Positions 27,801 through 41,199 of a stretch of 64,000 nt of DNA are shown piece after piece (position 1 is the stretch's first letter; each line of letters begins with the position of its first letter). Made by a program: the position numbers and the translations under genes. The DNA is taken from contig OZ024743.1 of assembly GCA_964016885.1 (NCBI GenBank), forward strand, positions 21,948,001 to 22,012,000. The letters are read 5' to 3'. Below the pieces are notes generated by a model. The model was not told where the DNA came from. It was given only the letters and a program-made list of their open reading frames with translations, and did not search any database. Origin of the DNA: Eledone cirrhosa (lineage: Eukaryota).

Positions 27801-29155
27801 TTAGGTCGACCGTACAGATCACAAATTTGTGATCTGAATAGGCGACCGTTTTAAAAAGTGGGCAGCCCACACTATTTCTATCTATTTTCCTAATGAAGAT
27901 CCTGTCTATATACGATCTAGATGACCCCATTCGGTTGGTCCATGTCCATACTGGCACATTGGGGAAATCTAGTCGATACCTGTCAGACAGTTGGAACTGG
28001 CTGAGTAGGTGCTTGAGGCTTTTGCACCCCCCGCTCCTATCGGCTACTCCCACACAATCCCAGCGTGCGTCTAAGATGCCATTCCAGTCCCCCGCTAACA
28101 GTGAAGGGCGAGACGTACCCAGAAAGGTCTCCAGGCGCCTAAAGAAGTCAGGTCGTCCGGCCCCTGTAGGGGCGTAGACGGCCAGCAGTCTAAAGGCACC
28201 ACCTTCGCTACTGCTCACATCCAAGACCACCAACTTACCGTCCGGGTCCCGGAAGATCGACCTTACCTCGAGATCCAGTCCTTTCCTAAACAGCACTGCC
28301 ACCCCACCCCCATTCCCCGCCTGCTAACAGATGCGAAGATCTGATAGTCGTCGAAAATGGGGGCTAGTGCGCGCGTGTCGGAAATTCTGGTCTCGCTTAC
28401 GGCAATCACATCCATTTCCAGCGACCGGAGGTCGTTGAGCAGGCGACCCTGCTTCCAGGGTGACCCCAGGCCGCGAACATTTAAACTTCCTACTCTTAAT
28501 ATGGCCATATTGGTAAGCTAAGAGAGAGAGAGGGAAGGTTTACTTACCTCCCGGGTCTTGTGAAGGTCGGGTGGTTCGACCTCCATGGTTGGTGGGGTTT
28601 CTTTTGGGAACCCCTTTAAAAGTCTTGATCTGGGTTTCACATTCGGGGTTCCCACGTCTTGAGGAAAGCTCTCTCGAATTTCTTTGAAGCAATTGAGTGA
28701 CATTCGGACCAGAAGCAAATCTTCTGGCACGCAAAATGTACTCATTTCAAAAATCTCCCCCTCTGTTTGAATGTCCTTGCTTCGCGCTAAGAGGGCCATC
28801 AGTTTATCGTTGGCCCTTCTGACAAGCACGAAGTTTTTAACATTTTGTTGGTGTGGTTTTATTTGTTTTCGTTTTGGTGAAGGTGGTAGCGATGATTTTG
28901 GTGGTGTTGTTTCGGGTATGTCTATGTTTGTTGTAGGTGTGGTGTCTGCAATTTCAGGTATTTGTGTGTTTATTTGTACTTGTGTTTGTTTAGGTTGTTT
29001 GCGTTTCGGGGATTGTGGAGGTGGTGTCGATGTTGCTGTTGGTGATGATGTTATTGGGGAAGTGTTTGCGTTAGTGGTGTCTGTATTTTTTGTTGTGTGT
29101 GTTTTTGTGTTTTGTTGGGGCTTTTTTTTGGTGAGTTTTCTCTGTTTTTTTGCAC
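24871..29155 (-). mobile_element. Tx1/L1-clade LINE, second family (copy B), 5'-truncated in ORF1
   Basis: ORF2 starts 28508 (MAILRVGSLNVRGL); pieces 27640..28302, 27362..27673, 27053..27331 and 25088..27025 (YADD, CPRC); 5' end abuts (AAT)n at 29156-29195. Confidence 0.92.
25088..28508 (-). pseudogene. ORF2 (APE-RT-zf) of copy B, with frameshifts and a nonsense codon
   Basis: The 645 aa RT/C-terminal frame is open; TAG at ~27053 replaces the W of YCNWQQNG. Confidence 0.9.
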
Positions 29156-29195
<40 letters not shown>

Positions 29196-29379
29196 GGGGT
29201 ACTGAACATCACAGAAAACCGCACAGATATCACACTACAAAAACGGTGTTTTGCTAGAGTGATAGAGATCAACGTACCACCCCGCGAAAACTAAAAGGGA
29301 TGGAAATAGACGAAGGGTACAGGGAATTAGGTCCACCTACAACAAACCCGGATGGAAACGTGCATGGAACTCAAAGTGT

Positions 29380-29600
29380 TTGTTGTTGTTGTTGTTGTTG
29401 TTTCTTCTTCTTCTTCTTCTTCTTCGCTCTGTTACTGCTGAGAAGGTCGTGGGGGCAGAGTCCTCAAAAACTCTTTCCAGCGGGTCCTGTCTGTCTGAAG
29501 CAAAAGTTTCCAACTGATCCGGCGGATCTCCAAGTGAGACCAATCACACAAATGATTGTGTTATCCAACCACCTTGCCCGGGGCCTACCTCATTGGAATG
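29380..29600 (-). mobile_element. Expander/Rex3-like RTE 3' fragment with (GAA)n tail (related copy 41495-41720)
   Basis: GTGGGGGCAGAGTCCTCAA and TTATCCAACCACCTTGC are shared with the 41495-41720 copy, whose ORF reads KRPMGRSRARWLDNI...LPPRSS. Confidence 0.6.
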
Positions 29601-30033
29601 GCATCTTAAACGCACACTAATTAAGTGGGAATAGTCGCTAGGAGAGAAGATGTAAAGGTCTTCCAAACCTGTTTAAGTAATGCCAATTTGTCTGACAGGT
29701 GTCACTTAGATTTCCTGAACATACCAGAGTAGATTTGGACAAACAAGAGCTTGTAATTTGGGTCGTAATTATAGAGATTTCACTTGCATGTAGTTGGAGT
29801 ATTGTGTTTACAATCGTAAGCTTGTGTGTTCGATTTCCAAACTGAGCATCATATTGTATCCTTGGACAAGACACTTGTTTCTCCTTTTTCCAGTCCACTC
29901 ATGGATAGGGAAGACTGACATGCATATACGACTGGTAATATTTTCACAAAACACCTTGCCTAGGCTTGCCCATTAGAGAGGATCTTTCAAGACACAGAAT
30001 CATGGTCAGTAATGGCCAAATGAACACCTTTAA

Positions 30034-30250
30034 CCGTTTAGCATTCACATTACTCTATATTTACTATTGTATTTTCATGGTAAACACTTTATCTCACATA
30101 AATATCTCACATAATATTGAATCTATGATATTTGATATTATTCATTTTGCGAACAATACCTTAAGTATGAGTGGCCAGTTACAGATGGTTTAAACAGAAA
30201 AAAAGGTGAGAGAATTCTGGCCGGATATGACCGGTTTAAATGCTAAAAGG
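30034..30250. mobile_element. piggyBac-like MITE
   Basis: TTAA on both flanks; TIRs CCGTTTAGCATT / AATGCTAAAAGG. Confidence 0.75.
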
Positions 30251-30549
30251 TTAAGATATCAACAAGGGCTGCGGGTACGGATTTCTTCAGATGTCCAGAG
30301 GCGTTATTAACAGAGAATAAATGTTTGAAAACGGAAAACAGAAAACGTAAATCAAGTTGAAGGGGGTAAACGTCAGCGAAGATATAAGAAATAGTTTTCC
30401 TATTTAAAACGGATGCATCGGCTAGGCTGCCGCCAATTAATGTAACCTGGTTTACAGAAATTGTCTTTTAAATTGCAGACAGGTTATGATGATCCTTGTG
30501 GTTTGAAAATGATGAAACGAGCTTTGTCTTGAATGGGACCATGTTCTCT

Positions 30550-30817
<268 letters not shown>

Positions 30818-31086
30818 TATATATATATATATATATATGGTAGAGAACGCGTTGAGCACAGCTGTCACAAAAAGCAATGTTCGACCTTCCTTTAGTACTG
30901 GATCAACTAAAACGTCAATGCATGTCAGTAAATATATTTGTTTATTTTATAAATAGCACATATATATTAGCTATTAATATTGAGTTATAGATTTATAAAT
31001 AAATGACAACTGGCATATAGTATGCCGCATTTATATAAAATTTGGTTAACGTATTTTCGAGTTTTTTCAATTCTAACGATCACTGT

Positions 31087-31687
31087 ACGGAAAAAATGAA
31101 ACGAAATTTCATTTCTCACTCTTAGTACGGCTGTTACTTAAATATAAGTATGTATACGTACATACACATATGTATACAGACGTACAGTAGTATGTATATA
31201 TATATATATACATACATGCACACATATATACATGTACGTATGGATTCACCGAACATTTATTATAATGCTCGGTGTGTTTGTAAACAAACATCCCGAATTA
31301 AGCCATACAGTGTTTTGCAACCATCGTTGCTCATTTGTTCAACACTGACAAAGGAACGCTGTACTAGTTTCAAGCTTATTAGCTATCATCAGCAACGTAT
31401 ACCTTCGTGCCAGATGGTTGAACGCCTGAAAGTATATACTTTCCTTATGAATATTAACGGCTGAGCAGCCTAATTTGCATATCGAGTGAGTTAATCGGCC
31501 GGGGTACCGAAAACGATAAACGGAAAAAATGAAACGAAATTTCATTTCTCACTCTTAGTACGGCTGTTACCTAAATATAAGTATGTATACGTACATACAC
31601 ATATGTATACAGACGTACAGTAGTATGTATATATATATATACATACTACTGTACGTCTGTATACATATGTGTATGTACGTATACATA

Positions 31688-31694
<7 letters not shown>
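31087..31694 (-). mobile_element. Hammerhead element with ~125 bp direct terminal repeat (period 433) and a ~120 bp terminal palindrome
   Basis: 31087-~31210 repeats at 31520-~31645; 31575-31694 is a palindrome. Confidence 0.75.
31356..31398 (-). ncRNA. Minimal type I hammerhead motif
   Basis: ACGTTG-CTGATGA-TAGC-TAATAA-GCTT-GAAAC-TA-GTA-CAGCGT; stem III palindrome ACTAGT. Confidence 0.8.
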
Positions 31695-31757
<63 letters not shown>

Positions 31758-31871
31758 TACAAAACGGGGAGGTTATATCTGTATTAAGTAGAGTACTCAG
31801 ACTAGAGGACGAGTTCGTTATAGAGTTAGTTCCTCAACAAGATGCCGCTCTATCAAAGATGGCACAACCTC

Positions 31872-31914
31872 ACTCGGGTTGAAGATCCGTTGAGTAAAAC
31901 GAGCGTCTTCGAGT
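31872..31914 (+). ncRNA. Degenerate hammerhead motif
   Basis: ACTCGGG-TTGAAGA-TCCGTTGAGT-AAAAC-GAGC-GTC-TTCGAGT; 7 bp stem I but two core substitutions. Confidence 0.45.
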
Positions 31915-31970
31915 ATGGTTTGCTAATTTCTAATTTGTCGTGGAACTAACTTTCTCTCTCTCTCTCTCTT

Positions 31971-32066
<96 letters not shown>

Positions 32067-32974
32067 TATATACTTATATATATAAGTATATAGATATATA
32101 TGCGTATATATGTATATATATGCGTATGTATGTGTGTCTGTAACTATGAAAATAATGTTGGCCCTTGGAGAGCAACCAGTCTCAGAAGACACCCATATCT
32201 CTACATCTTACTTAACACTACTAGAACGATGCTTCAGGAATCGCCGTGTATACCATAATACCACATAGGATGTAGAGACGACGGCAATGAAACAGAATTA
32301 TTAAGTCTCAGATTGTACTTTAAAGATCACAATATTTATAATTTTCATACCATTTACTCCGTACTGAGGTATCATGTGATCCTCGTGAGGGTCCCTGGTT
32401 GTTTCAGTGCCTTAGCATCGTCATCACTCGTGGCAATGCTGCAAGATTATAGGCTTGTCTCAAAGTGTTTAGTTAACCCTTATGATGTGATGTGCGGCCG
32501 ATTGTCGCACTTGCTAGTGAATTGATGGGCGTTTTTGTTTTTACTCCACTTCTTTTTTTTCTTTCTTCTTTGTATGTTTTTCTTTTTCGGTTTTTCTCAG
32601 TTTTAAGTGTTTATCAAAGACATTATATTTGTAATGTTCTTGAACGTATTTTGAGCAATTTATAATGTTATTTACGCATTTGTAATATCATTTATACATC
32701 TGTGAATAAAACGTCATAACTCCGCACTGCATATTGCATTACAGCTATTTGAAAATCACATTTGAACATCACGTTAATAATGTCAAACTACGCCGATAAT
32801 TTATGACAGTGCGCGGGGGGGGGGGGGTATCCCTTCTGGGATGCAATACTTTAGACACAGAATCAGTGTCATATCCTGGAATCACTGGGTGTTTCGGATC
32901 TTAAAACATATACTCTCATCCAAGTAACCAAACCGAGATTGATCAAAAGTCAATCTGTGTCTATATGGCATAGA

Positions 32975-33162
32975 TAATTGTTTCTACTTTTGGCACAAGG
33001 CCACCAATTAACCAGTACATTACTGGTACTTTATTTCGACCCCGTAAGGATGAAAGGCAAAGTTAACCTCGGCGGGATTTGAACTCAGTCAGTAAAGGGA
33101 GGTAACTCTATGCTGGAAAGCATGGCGTCCGTCTTTCTACCGATACTGCCAATCCACCGCTA
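32975..33162 (-). mobile_element. tRNA-derived SINE copy
   Basis: Same family as 6040-6225. Confidence 0.85.
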
Positions 33163-33810
33163 TATAGCATAGATACTACTGATCCCACACATCTCTTCTG
33201 TTCAGTCATAACTATCTAGAGGCCCTCTCTGCTGCTTCCACATTGTTTCTGATGAGGACAGTGACATTAGATACTGAGTAAGTGAATGCTGTAAATTGGA
33301 ATTATAACTATAAATGATGCATATTTTCCTAATCATGTTGCTTCGCGGATTACATTTTTCAAGCGTTTAAGTTGTTTTTTTCTTATACTGGTTAATGCGT
33401 CATTTTTTCTTCTATGTTATAAGTTTATATATATAAAAATACAGTTATATATATAACATTACAAATAAAAACGAAGTTATACAATGATGTAAGTCTGAAA
33501 TAGAAAGATAAAAACAAAATTAAGTAATGCGAAAAAGGGGAAGGGGTAAAGAAGGGCAGATCTTACTGTATCGGAAAATAGAGGAAAGAACAGGAATGCT
33601 GAGACAGTGAAACACACATACTACACACACACACACACTACACACACACACATATACGAGGACGCGCGCGCATTTATATATAGTTGCTTCAGCAAGTGTC
33701 ATATGATAAAAGAAGGAGCATTTAATATCATGAAAATAGAGATATTTTATATTTGCGTACTAAAATCTTTTCAATATTCTGCTGCGTAAATATATACATG
33801 TGCGTGGCTG

Positions 33811-33895
<85 letters not shown>

Positions 33896-33931
33896 TCGCA
33901 CACACATACATACACTCGCACACACATACAT

Positions 33932-33971
<40 letters not shown>

Positions 33972-33987
33972 GCACACACATATATAC

Positions 33988-34019
<32 letters not shown>

Positions 34020-34020
<1 letters not shown>

Positions 34021-35885
34021 GGAAAAATTTGAACAGGAACAAAACAGAGAGGCAGTACAACGAATGTTTATTAATTTCACACTCTGGAGAGTGGGGTGTT
34101 GGTGGGGAACGACGTTTCGGGCATAAGCCCTTCCTCAGGTGAGAAGTGTGTGGGAACAGAGTTCAAAGGGTGTGTAGGGGAGTGGTGGAGAGACATATAG
34201 CGAAAGGAAACGGTGCGAATGAAATTAAAAATAAAAATGAAAATAAGCATGATCAAAATACAAGGAATGAAATAAATTTAAATATAAAAGCATGATCAAA
34301 ATAAACTGAAATTAAAAGGGGGTAAAACAGGTGGTGGAAGGGTGTGGGGTGTGTAGGGGTGGTGGCGGGTGGAGTGGGGAGAGGGAGACGGGGTGTCCGA
34401 GCGGGGAGGGCTGAAGGTGGTGTGTGTGTGTAGGTGTACGTGTGTGTGTGTGTGTGTGTGTGTATGTGAAAGTAAGGGTTGGGGGAAGAACGGGGTTGCA
34501 TGTTCAGGAAGAGGTGTGTGTGGGGGGTTGTAGGTCGGAGTGTCTGTGCGTGTGTGGATAGAGGGGTGGGGGGAGAGGAATCAGGAGGCTGAGGGTGTAA
34601 ATATGTGGTGGAAAGCACGTGTGTGTGGGGTTTAAGCGTGTTGTGGGTGTAGGTGGCGTGTGGAGAAAAAAAATGTTTGGGGGTGTGTGTGTGGGTGAGT
34701 TATATAGGTGATTACGTAAGAGGATGGTTGAAAAGTTGGTAAAATCCTATGATGTTTAGTGGATTCTGTGGTGGTCAAGTTCCACATACGAGTATTCCAT
34801 GAAGCGATGGTCGGAAGAGGAGAGATGTGGGGTGCGCGCGCAACAGGAAGTGGTCAAGCAGTGGGAGTGCTGTGTGTCTGTTTGTGCTGGGAGGTGGTCA
34901 GAGGGCATAGCAGCAGTCGGTGGAATGGTAAAGGGGCGAGGATGGGTAGGTGTGAAAGTTGGAGTGAGGAGGGTGTGTGTGTGTGTATTAGTAGAGGTGT
35001 TAGTGGGATGAGTGAGTGTGGAGCGAGGGTGTGGGTGGAGCGGGGAGAGACGGGTGTGTGTAGTTCTATGGAGGGAGTGTGGTGTACTGGTGTGTGTGTA
35101 GTTTGATGAAGGGGTGTTAGTGGGTGTTAGTATACGGGAGGTGGGGAAGGGTTGAATGCAGGTGTGAGTGGGGGTTAGTGGTGGTAGGGTGTGTAGAGTT
35201 GGTGGTGTACGAGGGTGTGTAGAGTTGGTGGTGTACGAGGGTGTGTGGGTACGTGTGCGTGGGGTTGGTGGGTGTTAGTGATGTTAGTTGCGTGTGGGGT
35301 GGGTGGTGTAAGTGGGTGCGTGTGTTCGTGTGCTTGGGGTCAGGGGTGTTAGTGAGGTTAGTTGCGGGGTGGTGGGATGGAGGTGTGGGGGTGAGAGGTG
35401 TGGGGGTGAGGGTTAGTGGTGGTAGTAGGGTGTGTGTTTAGTGTGAGTGCGTGTATATATGTGCCGGTGGGTGTGTGCGTGTGATAAGGAGGGGGGAGAA
35501 GAAGGGAGGGATGTTAGTATGTTAGTTGGGGAAGGGTGGTCGGATGAGGGGTGGAGTGGAGGTGTTAGTATTGTTAGTTGTGGGGTGGGCGGTGAAAAGG
35601 AGGGGTGTGTTAGGGGTGTTAGTGGGGGATAAGTGTGGGGGAGGGGGGCGGTCGAAGGCTAAAGGAATAAGGGTGGGGAGTTCAGGCTGGGGGGAGTGTG
35701 GGTCTGTAAGATGAAGATAGTTCTTTGTTCGACTCTAAGGCGATTGGCAGGTGTTCCGTGGCATTGGAGTAGGCCACAGACTGTGAGATGGCGTGCGGAA
35801 TGTCCAGGGCCACCAAAGTGGCGGGCGATGGGGGAACTACCACCGAGACGAATATCCCGGAGGTACTCAGTGAATCGGTCCGCCA
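34020..35885 (-). mobile_element. Penelope-like element 3' end: GIY-YIG C-terminus, long C/A-rich 3' UTR, minimal hammerhead, TA junction
   Basis: ORF 35659..35958: DRFTEYLRDI...PIARHF...H...VCGLLQC...RLRVEQRTIFILQTHTPPSLN; hammerhead at 34108-34141. Confidence 0.8.
34108..34141 (-). ncRNA. Minimal PLE-type hammerhead motif
   Basis: AC-CTGAGGA-A-GGGC-TTAT-GCCC-GAAAC-GTC-GT; stem I only ~2 bp. Confidence 0.65.
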
Positions 35886-35940
35886 ATAATAGTATTATTA
35901 GCTCAAAGAAAAATAGACAATTTCCTTCCGAGCTCAAATG

Positions 35941-36597
<657 letters not shown>

Positions 36598-37003
36598 CAT
36601 ATATACATATATATACTACGTATATATATATATATGTATGTTAAAAATTATTTTTTTAAAAATAAGAATACAAACGAAAGACACAAAACTCCAGGATCAT
36701 CAGCCGTTGAGATGGACTTTGGCAGTTTCGATGCCTACCAACGGTACTGTTGGTCCTTTCGGGGTCACAGCATCTGACATAAGCCAAAACACTGTCCAGT
36801 GGAGTAAGAGACGAGAGACAAAACATTAATTTGTAGCAAATGAGCTACAACAAGCAGGAATAGAATTTTATGTGACATCAGAGAAATATACATACATACT
36901 ATATATGTCAAGTATTTCCGAAGAAAAAGCAAAGGAAAAAAGAGTGCTCTATGTATAAAAGAGAGCTATTTAATTAGAAAGTGAACAACACAATATATAA
37001 CTA

Positions 37004-37071
37004 CTCCATTACCAAAGGTTTCAGGACCCTAGACAATATTAACATACGTCTTGTTCGCTCATCAGATAGAG
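37004..37071 (-). ncRNA. Type I hammerhead motif
   Basis: CTCTAT-CTGATGA-(imperfect stem II, AGAC/GTCT)-GAAACC-TTT-GGTA-ATGGAG; flanked by the 15 bp direct repeat ATACATACTATATAT at 36892 and 37101. Confidence 0.65.
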
Positions 37072-37105
37072 AGGTTATGAATATATGAAACACTAATTAA
37101 ATACA

Positions 37106-37185
<80 letters not shown>

Positions 37186-37407
37186 GGAAGTTCAGCATAA
37201 TCGAAGCTCTGGCTGCATCTAAGCTAACGAATGCAATCGGAATGTACAGCTAAGCACTCAATAAGTTATTTTACCTTAGAGTAATAACATCACGTTTAGA
37301 CAGCTTGGCAAATTGAAGATTGCGACCGGTAAGCCAGCTGCAAGGACCAAAGCAACGAGAAAACCGACTCAGGATAATTTGACACACACATAAAACTCAC
37401 CTCCTAC

Positions 37408-37470
<63 letters not shown>

Positions 37471-37475
<5 letters not shown>

Positions 37476-38007
37476 TCGGCTCAGTATTTTTATACTTGGA
37501 GCTTAATAGTTACAGGGTTCCAATTGGGGTTTTAACTCTAATTTTCATATATATTTCTGCTCCCTCACAAGTTGAGCTTATTAAGTTGTGTGTGTTGGAC
37601 TGTTATTTCTATTCAATACGCGCTTACCACGTTTGACTAGCGGCGCACGAGGTGACAAATTCATCTTTCTGTGTGAACGTTGGCAAATAGTGTTTGTTGC
37701 ATTTAATCAGATTCTCTCGCTGATGATGCCCAAGATTATCTGTTACAAACACACTCAGGGCGAAACAGATTAGGGATAATCTGTCCGAGAGATATAATGG
37801 TTATTGAGGCGGTTTGTATAATAATATATTTTTATTTTATCATTCTGTCTGCTTCTTGGTTAAATATTTCAAACAAATGTGGTTTTTCAACCCTTGTAAT
37901 TTTAGACACACGGTTTACTGTGTTTCTTACTATATATTAATCGGCTCAGTATTTTTATACTTGGAGCTTAATAGTTACAGGGTTCTAATTGGGGTTTTAA
38001 CTCTAAT

Positions 38008-38015
<8 letters not shown>
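37471..38015 (+). mobile_element. Hammerhead element with ~80 bp direct terminal repeats (period 465) in (TA)n
   Basis: ATTAATCGGCTCAG...CTAATTTTCATAT at 37471 and 37936. Confidence 0.85.
37713..37792 (+). ncRNA. Type I hammerhead ribozyme, well formed
   Basis: TCTCTCG-CTGATGA-T-GCCC...GGGC-GAAACAGATTA-GGGA-TAATCTGTC-CGAGAGA; 8 bp stem III with GNRA loop; GUC site. Confidence 0.9.
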
Positions 38016-38066
<51 letters not shown>

Positions 38067-38069
<3 letters not shown>

Positions 38070-39402
38070 GATATTAAATAAATGGAAACTATATTTATAA
38101 AACCATATTTATTTCATTATATATATTTCAGGGATATCATATTAACAATATGTTATGCCTTCTTCAGACAAAATACAATATAGACAGTTTTATAGATAAA
38201 TAGATTTGACATACCGTTCAACATCGACTTGTATTTGAAAAAGTTGATTTGGCAGTGAAAAATTGTAAACAGAAAGAAAGAAAGAAAGAAAGAAAGAAGG
38301 AAAGAAAACGAAGAAAAAGAAGAAAAAAGAAGAAATGCATGCAACAAAATAGAGAGATAGAAAGATAGATAAAGAGAAGAACTTCATGTAAAGAAACAGA
38401 GAGAGATATATAGAGAGAGGAAATAGATAGAGATAGACATATATAGAGAAAAAAGTAGGTAGTTGAACATCCGTTGAAAAGACGTATCAATGATACATTT
38501 ATTTATTTATTTATTTATTTAGCTCTAGTATTAATGTAAGGGAGATATATGTTGTTAGGAAAGAAACCAGCCGTTATATAGAGAGAAAAATGAAAAGTAA
38601 CCAGACATAGGTGAGGCAGAATTTAAAAACCCTATGTTTTAATGTAGAAATATTAGTTCGTATAAAACCAGGCACTATAATGTAAATACTAGTATACCTG
38701 AATGAGACACGTATCTATAATGTGTGAAAAGTAATGATCTTATGTCTAGTTTTAAAAATTCATATGTTTATATAACTACAAACATCGATGTGAATTTACG
38801 TGGTCAACTCTGCAAACCCCTATTTCACACGGAGAACATTCTCATTGTGCTATAAAAATTTAAGTATACATATATGTGTATATATACACATATATATAGA
38901 GTCTATATTAATTTTAACAATACTATTCTTGTCTTTACTCTACATGATTATCTATCAAGCAGAAATAGAGAACAGATTTCAATATATTAATAAAAAATAA
39001 AAAATATCAGAAACAAAAACAAAAATAATAATAATAATAATAATAAACAAATAAATAAAATAGAAAACTAAAAAATATTACATATTAAAAATAAAAATAT
39101 TAAACATATTAAAAATATTAAAATAATAAAAATAAGATGCCACGCAAATCGACCACAAAGATCAACCCTTCAAAATTAATTGACAATATATTGCCAAGTT
39201 CATTATAAGCATCAGAGTCGAAAACAGATAAAGCTAAAAATTATTTACCAAATCGCGTCTAGCAGACATCATTTCAAAAGTTTAGGATGCCCATTTGGTC
39301 TACATATGTTCTTATATTTAATATAGAAGTTTATCTAGTGTAACGTTTATTCGATATATTTGGAGCATCAACTTTTAGGGTAGTTTTCTTTCTTTCTTTC
39401 CT

Positions 39403-39433
<31 letters not shown>

Positions 39434-39725
39434 GTTTACAATTTTTCACTGCCAAATCAACTTTTTCAAATACAAGTCGATGTTGAACGGTATGTCAAAT
39501 CTATTTATCTATAAAACTGTCTATATTGTATTTTGTCTGAAGAAGGCATAACATATTGTTAATATGATATCCCTGAAATATATATAATGAAATAAATATG
39601 GTTTTATAAATATAGTTTCCATTTATTTAATATCGTAAATATACTCCAAATACTTGTTGAGTGCTTTTATATCAGTTATAAATATTTACTAGTTGTAACC
39701 CAACAATTTAAATATAACTTTCCAT
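38067..39725 (+). mobile_element. Hammerhead element with ~240 bp inverted arms (~38067-38305/~39385-39637)
   Basis: Mirror arms, each including the hammerhead; TA tracts at both ends. Confidence 0.8.
39529..39594 (+). ncRNA. AT-rich type I hammerhead motif (mirror 38110-38175 on minus)
   Basis: TATTTTGT-CTGAAGA-AGG...CCT-GAAAT-ATAT-ATA-ATGAAATA; AUA site. Confidence 0.6.
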
Positions 39726-39905
39726 GTATATATATATATATAAGGATTTAAATGGATACAGTTCAGTAATAATATTCATATTACAACACTACGGATAATA
39801 CTATATATATATATATAATGTAGGAGGTGAGTTTTATTGTAGTACAATAAAGCAATGCAGATATCGGATAAGTAGAACTCTACAGTTTGTAGGACTGGAG
39901 TATAA

Positions 39906-40177
39906 ATAATATATAAGATCAAGAGATGGTTAAAAGAGTTCCATGTATTTTATTATGCGCATTTCAAAAACAAATATCATCATGCGATGATATTTGCGTT
40001 TTCGTCAGATAAAATAGGGAGACATGATATGAAGGTTAAAAAACACTTGTGAATAGTGCAGTTTTAAATCAACATATTTATTATCTGACGAAAACGCAAA
40101 TGTCATCGCATGATGATATTTGTTTTTGAAATGCGCATAATAAAATACATGGAACTCTTTTAACCATCGTTTGATCT

Positions 40178-40187
<10 letters not shown>
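39906..40187. mobile_element. Fold-back hammerhead element, ~107 bp inverted arms (39906-40012/40081-40187)
   Basis: Mirror arms, each with a hammerhead; followed by a long (TA)n. Confidence 0.85.
39946..40016 (-). ncRNA. Type I hammerhead motif (mirror 40081-40143 on +)
   Basis: TATTTTAT-CTGACGA-AAACGCAAATATCATC-GCAT-GATGATATTTGTTTTT-GAAAT-GCGC-ATA-ATAAAATA. Confidence 0.8.
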
Positions 40188-40210
<23 letters not shown>

Positions 40211-40236
40211 CTATACATACATATATATATATATAC

Positions 40237-40387
<151 letters not shown>

Positions 40388-40609
40388 AATAAAGATTCAG
40401 TGAGAATCGCATTTTCGGTGGGCAGGAAAACCGAAGCGAAACGCAAAATTCAGAAATGATACTGGCAAAGTGCTCAATAGTTAAAAACCAGAGCTAAACA
40501 ATGTGTTAAGAAGCCATACAAAACTGAAAAGGTGGTCAAGAAAGCATTAACCACCCAAGCCAAAAACCAAATCAAGCTAAACAGGTCAAAACAAGATAAA
40601 TGATGAAAA

Positions 40610-40681
<72 letters not shown>

Positions 40682-40686
<5 letters not shown>

Positions 40687-40759
40687 CTTGTCCGACGAAC
40701 GAATGAGGACGTTTTTTTCGTATTCGTCCTATTCGGGAAACCTCTGGTAATGAGGTAAT
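40682..40759 (+). ncRNA. Variant hammerhead motif (core CCGACGA)
   Basis: ATTGCCTTGT-CCGACGA-ACGAATG...TATTCGT-(9 nt)-GAAACC-TCT-GGTA-ATGAGGTAAT; 10 bp stem I with GU pairs. Confidence 0.5.
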
Positions 40760-40773
40760 TATATTGTATTGTT

Positions 40774-40822
<49 letters not shown>

Positions 40823-41199
40823 CGTGTGTGCATACTTCCGAGTTGCAATACAGACAACACAAATTGCCTGTTTCGATTGACTGCCTACTCTGTTGCAAAA
40901 AAAGATAAAATAAAATAAAATAAAATAAATACAGCAAGAATGAAAATGAGGGCAGGAGTGTCTTCACCTTGCCTACATATTTCAATTGTCTACGTAGTTT
41001 TTATAGACGTCGTTGCCCTTCGGCATTCTCCGAGCATATTTATCTATTTATGTATTTTTATTTACTTCATAAATTTAAATATCCGAATAGAGCTGACATC
41101 GTTAATATTAAGAAACAACAACAAAAACGAAAAGCAAGAGAACGATCTTGGGAGGTAAATATAGCATAAGAAAAATTGTAAAAATACAAGGACATCCAT

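Noticed and set aside
32230-32312. ATCGCCGT...ACGGCAAT-GAAAC stem
   Set aside because: No CUGANGA core and no stem I.
33240-33290. CTGATGAGGAC as a hammerhead core
   Set aside because: No complementary stem II strand or GAAA downstream.
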